From positions 96,001-160,000 of the forward strand of contig JAWXAY010000029.1 of NCBI GenBank assembly GCA_034439715.1: DNA of 64,000 bases, read 5' to 3'. A program made the position numbers and the translations under genes. The number at the start of each line of letters is the position of its first letter. The first letter of the stretch is position 1. This stretch comes from Pseudomonadota bacterium (GTDB lineage Bacteria; Bdellovibrionota; Bdellovibrionia; Bdellovibrionales; SG-bin7). Below, piece after piece: positions 56,365-64,000 of this stretch. The notes under the pieces are model-generated. The model searched no databases, was not told the DNA's origin, and saw nothing but the letters and a program-made list of their open reading frames with translations.

Positions 56365-57410
56365 TAAAAAATAACACTTAAGGCAAATAGTAAAGTTATT
56401 GAAAAATGAATTCGATAACGGTTGGTAAGGAGTTCGTTTAGATGAGATGAAACATTAGATTTTGCCCAAATTATTTTAAAATACACCCACTTAATTAACA
56501 ACACTCCTAACAGCCAAAAAACAAATGAGGTGGGCCCCTTGTCAATCTGAAATAATATCATCCACCAACTCAAAGCTATTCCCAACAAAATCAAACAAGC
56601 TATAGGCTTTGCACGATCATAGCCAAATAGTGTAACAAGATTTTTGATCCCCGCCTGACAGTTATTCATTACTTCGCGCATATTATTAATATGAATAGTA
56701 AACGTCGCTAATAGGCCCGAAAAGACTCCCAAAATAATAATCTCATTCTTAATTGGAGATGAAACTGCTATGGCGTATCCCAGTACTAACAATGGACCTG
56801 CCAACAAAAATATCGTGAGCTCTCCTAGACCTAAATACTTTAAACCCATGCGATTGGACGAGAACTTAAGAACTCCAACAGCGGCCAGAAAAATTACTGG
56901 GAGTAAACTGCCAGGTGCCTTATAAATAACTACCAAGCCAATAAGCAAACCCATGAGTAATAGAGAAACTCCCCAGTTGTACAGGTCAATGGCTCGCATC
57001 CAACCTTTTTGAATAGCATGGATGGATTCCAGTCTATCAACACCCTTGAGATGGTCATAATAGTCATTTAGCAAATTCATTGAGGCATGTAACAAAAAGA
57101 CCGACACAAAACTCAGAACCGCCAAATACTCAATAACGGCCACCCCTGTTACATTAAGCAACACAAGTGCAGACAGCACCGGTCCCAATGAAAGACAAAT
57201 AGATGAGAGTCGCAAAGTCTCCCACCACAACAAGATTGTGCGTGGACGCTTTACGTTTTGAACGGGTACAATCTTAAAGGTAACATATTCTTTTTTAGAG
57301 TTCACATTCAAAGATTTCGTCGGAATGGCTCTGTGAGAAGTAGAAAATGTTCCCTCCAAGTGAGAGAGGAAGCGGTTGTCGGCTCTATCTAACGAAATGA
57401 GTTGATCCAT
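56364..57410 (-). CDS. UbiA-family prenyltransferase (second MenA paralog)
   Basis: NLLNDYYD..KGVD, LKY.GLGE, multiple TM segments. Confidence 0.8.
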   Translation of the reverse strand: MDQLISLDRADNRFLSHLEGTFSTSHRAIPTKSLNVNSKKEYVTFKIVPVQNVKRPRTILLWWETLRLSSICLSLGPVLSALVLLNVTGVAVIEYLAVLSFVSVFLLHASMNLLNDYYDHLKGVDRLESIHAIQKGWMRAIDLYNWGVSLLLMGLLIGLVVIYKAPGSLLPVIFLAAVGVLKFSSNRMGLKYLGLGELTIFLLAGPLLVLGYAIAVSSPIKNEIIILGVFSGLLATFTIHINNMREVMNNCQAGIKNLVTLFGYDRAKPIACLILLGIALSWWMILFQIDKGPTSFVFWLLGVLLIKWVYFKIIWAKSNVSSHLNELLTNRYRIHFSITLLFALSVIF

Positions 57411-57430
57411 TAATTTTTTTCCATATTATT

Positions 57431-58372
57431 TTAAGTCCTTCGCCAATAAAGCTTTTGAGAGACTGTTCTTAGTTCCTTTATTAAGCCCAATTGAGATTCA
57501 CTTAAAAACCCCTCAAGGCGGTGTAAATGATGATCAAACAGTTCAATAAGGGCGGTATTGATATTATCAAAATCTTCGACCGCACTAAAAAAATACTTCT
57601 CTCCTAATAGACTGTAGACTTCGGGCATCGATTGACATTTCATAAATTCAACACGCTTGGGCTCAGAAAAATCCTTCATGAGAAACGCAGCAAAAGAATT
57701 TAAATAGCCGGATTTTAAGTCACCCAAAACAGCCTTCTTCTCTTCATTACGAATATTAAAATCTAGGAGGTCATCACTTCTCTGAAAAATCTGGCCCAGG
57801 ATTGTGCCCATTTCTTCAAGGTGATGGTGCAGATTTATGTCATAATTTTCGTTGCAATAGAACGGGGCCCGCAACGACCATTTAAATAACGATGCCGTTT
57901 TTAGATTATGTACCCGATCCAAGGCTTCGAGTTCGACATTGTGATCTTTAATTAAAGAGTCCTGTATCCACTCACCTTCCAGCAAATCAGAGATAACTTC
58001 ACTAGTATATTGGACAAGGCGGATATTGCCGTTCTTAGATAAGTTTACCATCACTCTCGCCAGCAGATAATCTCCAGCAAGTACGGCGTACTCAGGTGTG
58101 TATTTAAGCCAAGCTGTGGTTTTATTACGACGTAGATGTGAGCGATCAATTAAATCATCATGTAAAAGCGAGGCGTTATGAATGAATTCGATAGTTTGTG
58201 CCAAAAGTAAAACCTGTTTTTCGCTGAGCGGAAGATACTTCGTGGTAAGTCGGATAAGGCGAGAACGCAAACCTTTGCCGCCAGAAAACAAATCATCATA
58301 GATAGAGCTAAGTTTTGGCAAATAGGGCGGAAAGTCCTTTTCGCTGTATACTTTTAGATTTGTTAAATCCAT
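57431..58372 (-). CDS. Polyprenyl diphosphate synthase
   Basis: GGKGLR, E.IH.ASLLHDDLID...RR, VLAGDYL, KTASLF, FQRSDDLLD. Confidence 0.92.
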   Translation of the reverse strand: MDLTNLKVYSEKDFPPYLPKLSSIYDDLFSGGKGLRSRLIRLTTKYLPLSEKQVLLLAQTIEFIHNASLLHDDLIDRSHLRRNKTTAWLKYTPEYAVLAGDYLLARVMVNLSKNGNIRLVQYTSEVISDLLEGEWIQDSLIKDHNVELEALDRVHNLKTASLFKWSLRAPFYCNENYDINLHHHLEEMGTILGQIFQRSDDLLDFNIRNEEKKAVLGDLKSGYLNSFAAFLMKDFSEPKRVEFMKCQSMPEVYSLLGEKYFFSAVEDFDNINTALIELFDHHLHRLEGFLSESQLGLIKELRTVSQKLYWRRT

Positions 58373-59445
58373 TGTTTGCCAAGCTCCGAGCGATCTAACT
58401 GACTGACAATCGACACCCTTTTTATTCGTTCATAGGGCGCTGAAATTTCGTTATATTTTTCAACTAGCAGTCTGATCTCAGTATCTGTCCCACTAGTAAC
58501 CAACTCAATTTGGTGCCCTAGCCGCTCATCTAGTTTAGCAATAACTTCGGCATCTCCAGTAAACTCATTACCAAATATTATAGACTGCCATCGATCCCGG
58601 AGAATATTTAGGTAAACCCCTTCACCAGAAACTTTAACAAATTCGCCTAATCTGCCCAACGGCTTTAGATAAGGCAGATTAATTTCACCCAAATCTTCAG
58701 TGACAAACCAACCATCGACTTTTGGATCGATAAACGGAGGGCTTCCATCTAAAAGCGAAATATATCCAGTAAAGAGGGAGTCTCCCTTTAAACTTAAGGT
58801 TTTGTCGGGACCAACCTGCACTTGTAAATGGTCCAAAATCCTAAGCTTTGGGATTTCGGTTTTTTCGAGTGAACTTAGTTCAGCCGAAGCGATTTGCGAA
58901 CCACTCTCAGTCATTCCAAATGTGGGCAGCACGGGCCAACCTAGCTCACGGGCCGCAGTATATAGAGTTGGGCTTAAATTCGCGCCACCTACAAAAACTG
59001 CTCGCAAAGATTTTGGTGCAGGCATTTTTTTACTAACTAAATCAAAAATCTGAGTCGGCACAAGACTCGCAAGTGTTCCTTCCCAGGCTTGCGTCTCGAT
59101 AACAAATGTCTCAGGATCCCAACCACCATTGACCTTCAGACCACTAAATATATTGGCTCCCGATAAAAATGCTCTAGCACCTATACTGAGCCCCCCCACA
59201 TGAAAATCTGGTAGAGCTTGAATCCAAACATCATTGGCATTGCTATTTATGTGAGAATTTACCGCTTGAGCAGAACTCAATAGGGCAAATTTTGAGAGAC
59301 CTACAAGTTTAGCTTTTGCCGTCGTCCCAGAGGTCGGCACCCATATATGACCTGGCCACTGTCTAATATCGATATTTCTTGAGTCTGACCCCAATTTTGG
59401 ATTTTGCACTAAATGAGACTCTAAATTTTTCCAGTTAATTTTCAT
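58363..59445 (-). CDS. menE: O-succinylbenzoate--CoA ligase (short form)
   Basis: TSGTT..K, LP.FHVGGL, SLVPTQ, GG, FGMTE.GSQ, T.DLG; men operon context. Confidence 0.85.
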   Translation of the reverse strand: MKINWKNLESHLVQNPKLGSDSRNIDIRQWPGHIWVPTSGTTAKAKLVGLSKFALLSSAQAVNSHINSNANDVWIQALPDFHVGGLSIGARAFLSGANIFSGLKVNGGWDPETFVIETQAWEGTLASLVPTQIFDLVSKKMPAPKSLRAVFVGGANLSPTLYTAARELGWPVLPTFGMTESGSQIASAELSSLEKTEIPKLRILDHLQVQVGPDKTLSLKGDSLFTGYISLLDGSPPFIDPKVDGWFVTEDLGEINLPYLKPLGRLGEFVKVSGEGVYLNILRDRWQSIIFGNEFTGDAEVIAKLDERLGHQIELVTSGTDTEIRLLVEKYNEISAPYERIKRVSIVSQLDRSELGKQWI

Positions 59446-60421
59446 AAATAGGTATCCAACTTTCTTTTTCTAAAAGGTCGCCAAAACCAATTCCAATATC
59501 GGTTTGTGGTACTAACCAGGGGCCCCGAGAATTTATTCTTTCAAAATAAGGATTTTTTTCAAAAACACTATGACTAACAAGTCCATTATCAAGCCGTTTA
59601 AAATCTGCCGGACACAGAGCCGCGCTTAACGCTGCAAAGGACTGTCCAACAGGATGATCTAAGTAGGATGTGAAAAGGTATTTTATTTCTAAATTTTTAA
59701 TTTTGGGTAGAATCAAATCTGCGTTCTCTTTAGCCGGCTTAATGACGGCAACACTGTATCCTCGCTCTGAATCAAGGTGAGTATCGAGTTCTCTATCTAA
59801 AGCTAACGGGACAAGTTGTTCAGCCCTTAGCCAGTCAAATTCATTATAAATAAAGGGGTCTTCAACAAACTCAACTCTTTTTTGTATTTCGTTTGGTAGC
59901 GCTCGCCAAAACTCATGAAATACGCCTTGAGCTAGAGAGTTATTAAAATCAAACCGCAATCTTGTTTCACAAAGAGCAAATTCTGAAATTTTAATTAATG
60001 AGTCGAGTTCCAACTTCAAGTTGCGCCCCATCTTGAATTTAAAACTATCAAATCCACTTTCGACGGCTTGTTCAAAAACTTCGCGAGTAAAATGCTCAAA
60101 AGAAAGTACCAAAAAATGACTCTTGGGAATACTAAGTCCCTCAAACAATGATTTATTGCTTGTTCTGGCTTTGGCATCGAGTTGGGCATGGTAAATTGAC
60201 TGATGCATTTGTGAGGTGAATTGACCCTGGCGAAATAAACTAAGTTGCTGTTCAACTGGCAAATCGCCAAGCTCAATTGACGGGTGTAAATCAGAATAAC
60301 CAATCCCGCAGTTCATTTGTTCAATCCTAAGAAGTGCCCCACTCCTATTCAGTTCTCCACCCTTTGAATTCGGAAGGTGTTTTAGCTTCAATAGATAAGG
60401 GGAATACCAAAGTTTCGTCAC
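59435..60421 (-). CDS. menC: O-succinylbenzoate synthase
   Basis: Enolase superfamily KFK, RFDFN, EDP, ALD; between menA and menE. Confidence 0.82.
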   Translation of the reverse strand: MTKLWYSPYLLKLKHLPNSKGGELNRSGALLRIEQMNCGIGYSDLHPSIELGDLPVEQQLSLFRQGQFTSQMHQSIYHAQLDAKARTSNKSLFEGLSIPKSHFLVLSFEHFTREVFEQAVESGFDSFKFKMGRNLKLELDSLIKISEFALCETRLRFDFNNSLAQGVFHEFWRALPNEIQKRVEFVEDPFIYNEFDWLRAEQLVPLALDRELDTHLDSERGYSVAVIKPAKENADLILPKIKNLEIKYLFTSYLDHPVGQSFAALSAALCPADFKRLDNGLVSHSVFEKNPYFERINSRGPWLVPQTDIGIGFGDLLEKESWIPIYEN

Positions 60422-61290
60422 AGTACAAATCCCACGCTCAAAAATATTCCAAACAAAAGATGCAATTTTGCGGCTTGCCCAAGAAAATCATTAAATTTGG
60501 TGGACGGATCAGTTTTATAAACCTCTGCAATTAATTTGCATCCCATGGGCAGCAGAACCATTGGCAAAATGCCGGCAATCCAAAGGCCTTTTACTAACCA
60601 AAAAGCGTTGATAAAAAATGGCAACGACACCAATACCGCAATTTCTCTGCGAGCAAAGGTTTTGCCAAAGCGTACTGGAAGCGTTTTTTTGTGGGCTCTA
60701 GCATCACCGTCGATATCGCGCAGATTATTAATCGCAATTAAAACGCTGCAAAGTAATCCCACTTGTAAACCTGCAACAAATGCCGAAGCGCTAAACTTTC
60801 CAGCATGAAGAAAAAATGTACCGGCCACAGCTACGAGACCGAAAAAAACTATAACAAAAAAGTCTCCCAGTCCCAAATAAGCGAGGGGATAAGGCCCCGC
60901 GGTGTAGGCATAACCACACAACAATGAAGCAATACCAATAACTACTATTGTTAAACCACCCGACTGGATTAAAGGAATCCCAAATAGTACAGCGATAACA
61001 AAGCTAAAAACTCCCGCCCATAATACCGACTTGTATTCTATCAAGCCGGCCTGAGTGACGCGAGTTGGTCCCAATCGATCATGGGTGTCGGCACCTTTTT
61101 TAAAATCAAATGCGTCGTTCAGCAAGTTAGTGCCAACCTGAATAAAGAGTGCGGCAAATAGCGCACAGAATGTGAGAGTCCAACGAACCTCAAATGATGA
61201 AGTAAAAACCAAGGCTGAGCCCACAAGCACAGGCACCACGGCCGCCGTCAAAGTTTTCGGACGAATGGCGCTGATCCAAACGCTAATCAC
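60418..61290 (-). CDS. menA: 1,4-dihydroxy-2-naphthoate polyprenyltransferase
   Basis: W..AIRPKTL, NLLNDAFDFKKGAD, YTAGPYPLAY.GLGD, NNLRDIDGD...K.TL.VRFG. Confidence 0.93.
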   Translation of the reverse strand: MISVWISAIRPKTLTAAVVPVLVGSALVFTSSFEVRWTLTFCALFAALFIQVGTNLLNDAFDFKKGADTHDRLGPTRVTQAGLIEYKSVLWAGVFSFVIAVLFGIPLIQSGGLTIVVIGIASLLCGYAYTAGPYPLAYLGLGDFFVIVFFGLVAVAGTFFLHAGKFSASAFVAGLQVGLLCSVLIAINNLRDIDGDARAHKKTLPVRFGKTFARREIAVLVSLPFFINAFWLVKGLWIAGILPMVLLPMGCKLIAEVYKTDPSTKFNDFLGQAAKLHLLFGIFLSVGFVL

Positions 61291-61306
61291 TCTATCACCA
61301 CACACC

Positions 61307-62140
61307 TCAAGGTAGACGGGGGAACTTAGTAAAATCCGGTTTTCTTTTGCCAACATAAGCGTTTCTGCCCTCTTGCGCTTCCTCAGACATATAATATAAT
61401 AGGGTCGCGTTACCGGCCATATCGAGCAAACCCATTTGACCATCGCAATCAGCGTTTAATGCAGACTTCAAACAACGGATAGCGAGAGGTGAATGTTCTA
61501 ACATTTCACGGCACCACGAAACTGTCTCGTGTTCTAATTCTGAAAGCGGAACGACTTTATTTACCAACCCCATTTTTAGGGCGTCATCCGCATTATACTG
61601 GCGACATAAAAACCAAATTTCACGCGCCTTTTTTTGACCGACAATGCGAGCTAAGTAGCTACTACCAAGCCCTCCGTCAAACGAACCCACTTTAGGACCC
61701 GTTTGACCAAACACGGCGTTGTCAGCCGCAATTGTCAAATCACAGACGACATGTAACACATGACCGCCGCCAATCGCGTAACCCGCAACCATGGCAACGA
61801 CGGGCTTAGGCATGCTGCGAATTTGTTTTTGTACATCTAAAATATTTAATCGCGGCACTCCATCAAGTCCTACATAGCCTGCTTTACCGCGAACTTTTTG
61901 GTCCCCACCAGAGCAGAAGGCTTTATCACCCTGACCAGTTAATATAACGACGCCGACACTTGGCTCTTCACGGGCCCATTCAAAGGCTTCTTTTAATTCT
62001 TTAACTGTTTGTGGTCGAAATGCATTTCGAACTTCTGGCCGATTGATCGTAATCTTGCCGATGCCATCGTCAGTTTTATGAACTAATATATCTTCGAATT
62101 TTTTTACTTCATTCCACTTAATGGTTTTCATAAATCTCAT
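61307..62140 (-). CDS. menB: 1,4-dihydroxy-2-naphthoyl-CoA synthase
   Basis: [44 protein letters not shown]. Confidence 0.97.
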   Translation of the reverse strand: MRFMKTIKWNEVKKFEDILVHKTDDGIGKITINRPEVRNAFRPQTVKELKEAFEWAREEPSVGVVILTGQGDKAFCSGGDQKVRGKAGYVGLDGVPRLNILDVQKQIRSMPKPVVAMVAGYAIGGGHVLHVVCDLTIAADNAVFGQTGPKVGSFDGGLGSSYLARIVGQKKAREIWFLCRQYNADDALKMGLVNKVVPLSELEHETVSWCREMLEHSPLAIRCLKSALNADCDGQMGLLDMAGNATLLYYMSEEAQEGRNAYVGKRKPDFTKFPRLP

Positions 62141-62351
62141 CCTTTAAATCTACATGCTGATTACCAAACAAACCGCCTATATGGCACGGACTAACTTTCG
62201 ACTGTCTCAAAATTTGACGGTTTGCGTTTTTCATTATGTTTATCAAATACTTACGATGTTTTTATTTTACTATTCCGGGCTTATTCTTCCCAAAAATGTC
62301 CGTACACTCTTGTTTAAATCGAGCCTGCACACTATTCGCGCTCAAATCAGC

Positions 62352-62368
62352 TTGGCACTGGCCTTGAA
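62352..62368 (+). promoter_or_regulatory. Possible sigma54 promoter for the vWA lipoprotein gene
   Basis: TTGGCACT-GGCC-TTGAA: good -24 element and correct spacing, but GA instead of GC at -12. Confidence 0.4.
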
Positions 62369-62480
62369 GTATATAGGTGTAACGGTGACAAAATTGCGCC
62401 TCATGCACGTTTCCTTTAATTAAAAACCAAACATATAGATATTGGATTTTTTTTATTAACCCTTTTGAAAGGAAACTTTT

Positions 62481-63647
62481 ATGAACTCGAATTTGAAAAA
62501 CAGAATGCTAATAGGCGTTTTGATACCTCTGGCATTATTTTTTACGCAAGGTTGTGGCAAAGTTAAGTTTAGCTCATCCTTTAGACCAACAGTAAATACT
62601 AATACCACTCCCCCTCCCGGCTATCTTCCCCCAGAGGTAGAAGAATGCCCTGAAGGTTGTTATAAAGAAACTTACCGCCAAAAAGAAGAGACTACTAAAA
62701 AATTAGATATCGTCTTTGTTACTGATACATCAGGTTCTTTAGATGCTGAACGACAAGAAGTAGCTGACGGTATTAAAAACTTTATCGGTCAACTTCCCCC
62801 CGGAACTGATTTCAACGTCAGCGTTGTATTAGGCCATGGCAGCACCAGCGCATATGCCGGTAAACTATATCAGACTAGTAGTGGTGAGCCGCTTGTACTA
62901 AAATCGACTGGAGCGGGCGCTCTAACAATTGCCCAAATTCAGACGCATCTTAAAAACAAGCTCACTAATATTAAGACAGATAACGACTCTGATGGTGGCG
63001 AAGAAGGTCTTTACTCTACCTCACAAGCCATTAAAGGTGCAAACCTAGCCAACGCCCAAAGCCTTGGAATGTTTCGCGCCGATGCTGGCCTTGCAGTGGT
63101 ATATATTGCTGACGAAAACGACATCTGCGCTCGTTACCCTGTCGGCGTTACTCGAGTAGTCGATCCCGATAACAAAGAAATTCCCGCATTTGTTCGTGAT
63201 TGTGAAGACATCACACACACAGGAGTTTATGGACAGCTTAAAAACTTAAAAGGCACTCTGCCTTTAGCTATAGGCGCCGTGATTTATACGGGCAAAGGTG
63301 CGATTCCCGCTGGTGGTGAAAACGAAATCGGTTATGGTTATAAAGAAATCGTATCACTTAACAATGGTGTATTAGTTGATATTGCTTCGCACAACATCAC
63401 TGCTGACCTGGCGAAAATTGGCCAATTGACAGGTGGTACTCTCATGTTAACGACTGAGTTTCAACTTACGCACTCCAACGTAAATCCGGCTTCTATCAGA
63501 GTTTATGTTGATGGTGTTCTGGTTCCTCATACTTACACGCCAGAAACAAACTCAGTTCACATTGCTGCAAATCAGTGTGGCGCAGGTGGATCAGTAATCG
63601 TGATTAAGTATTGCGAAAATGGCGTAGACGTTACCGACAATTTTTAA
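62481..63647 (+). CDS. von Willebrand factor A domain lipoprotein
   Basis: Lipobox TQGC; MIDAS motif DIVFVTDTSGS; LAVVYIADEND. Confidence 0.82.
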   Translation: MNSNLKNRMLIGVLIPLALFFTQGCGKVKFSSSFRPTVNTNTTPPPGYLPPEVEECPEGCYKETYRQKEETTKKLDIVFVTDTSGSLDAERQEVADGIKNFIGQLPPGTDFNVSVVLGHGSTSAYAGKLYQTSSGEPLVLKSTGAGALTIAQIQTHLKNKLTNIKTDNDSDGGEEGLYSTSQAIKGANLANAQSLGMFRADAGLAVVYIADENDICARYPVGVTRVVDPDNKEIPAFVRDCEDITHTGVYGQLKNLKGTLPLAIGAVIYTGKGAIPAGGENEIGYGYKEIVSLNNGVLVDIASHNITADLAKIGQLTGGTLMLTTEFQLTHSNVNPASIRVYVDGVLVPHTYTPETNSVHIAANQCGAGGSVIVIKYCENGVDVTDNF

Positions 63648-63663
63648 TAACTGACTTCTTTGA

Positions 63664-63687
63664 TTCGCACCCCATGCTGGGTGCGAA
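63664..63687 (+). terminator. Stem-loop after the vWA gene
   Basis: TTCGCACCC-CATGCT-GGGTGCGAA, 9-bp perfect stem; poor U tail. Confidence 0.55.
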
Positions 63688-63719
63688 CTAACTTTAACTA
63701 ATATTTCAAGGAGATTTTT

Positions 63720-64000
63720 GTGAAACTGGTTCTTACATTATTGATGTTCGCGACTGTAACAGGCTCTTCAGCTTTGGCTAAAGAAATCTCATTTAAATCT
63801 CCCTACCATTCGGTGGAAGTAACCTCGCAACTTAAGATTCCCCATTATAAATTTTCTTTTGCCGAAGCCCAGGGGGAGTTTGCGAAGTTAAAACCCGAGC
63901 AAGTTAAAGAAAAAATAGCAATTGTCTTGACGATGAGTAAAGGTTCTAGACGAATTGTAAATAAAGATGGAACTTCCACCACCTGGTTAGCACCGCTATC
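63720..64000 (+). CDS. Secreted hypothetical protein (partial, runs off window end)
   Basis: AAGGAG SD, GTG start, MKLVLTLLMFATVTGSSALA signal peptide; frame open to the end. Confidence 0.7.
   Translation, partial: MKLVLTLLMFATVTGSSALAKEISFKSPYHSVEVTSQLKIPHYKFSFAEAQGEFAKLKPEQVKEKIAIVLTMSKGSRRIVNKDGTSTTWLAPL

Noticed and set aside
251..62423. Many 60-170 aa ORFs overlapping assigned genes or promoter regions (e.g. 782-1162, 15304-15810, 30864-31241, 62154-62423)
   Set aside because: Antisense or off-frame shadows with no motifs or SD support.
1..64000. rRNA, tRNA, prophage or defence-system genes
   Set aside because: None recognisable; intergenic gaps are short and no cloverleaf or phage/defence motifs were found by eye.

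Overview
64 kb of an AT-rich bacterial chromosome. Gene content, order and protein style point to a Bdellovibrionota (Bdellovibrio-like predator); this is inference from protein similarity and synteny. In order: flagellar rod/ring/hook-junction operon flgF-G-A-H-I-J-M-N-K-L (minus, sigma54 promoter); mltD-like, lysC and PilC-like genes; pgpA-cinA-recA; pilT-alaS; an accessory block of three large surface lipoproteins (cadherin-like adhesin split at a C8 tract, ELWxxDGT propeller, diheme cytochrome c fusion); housekeeping and secreted-hydrolase genes; tkt, a REP-associated tyrosine transposase with a dispersed ~19-24 bp repeat family, and thiBPQ; a PilZ gene under a sigma28 promoter; a degenerate PP2C/STAS pair; a menaquinone operon with two MenA paralogs; a vWA lipoprotein. 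No rRNA, tRNA or CRISPR array was seen. The most notable observation is a ~200-nt highly structured non-coding element between flgI and flgJ that presents several GGA motifs in hairpin loops, the signature of CsrA/RsmA-binding RNAs. A matching GGA hairpin covers the flgN ribosome-binding site. All RNA structures were folded by eye.
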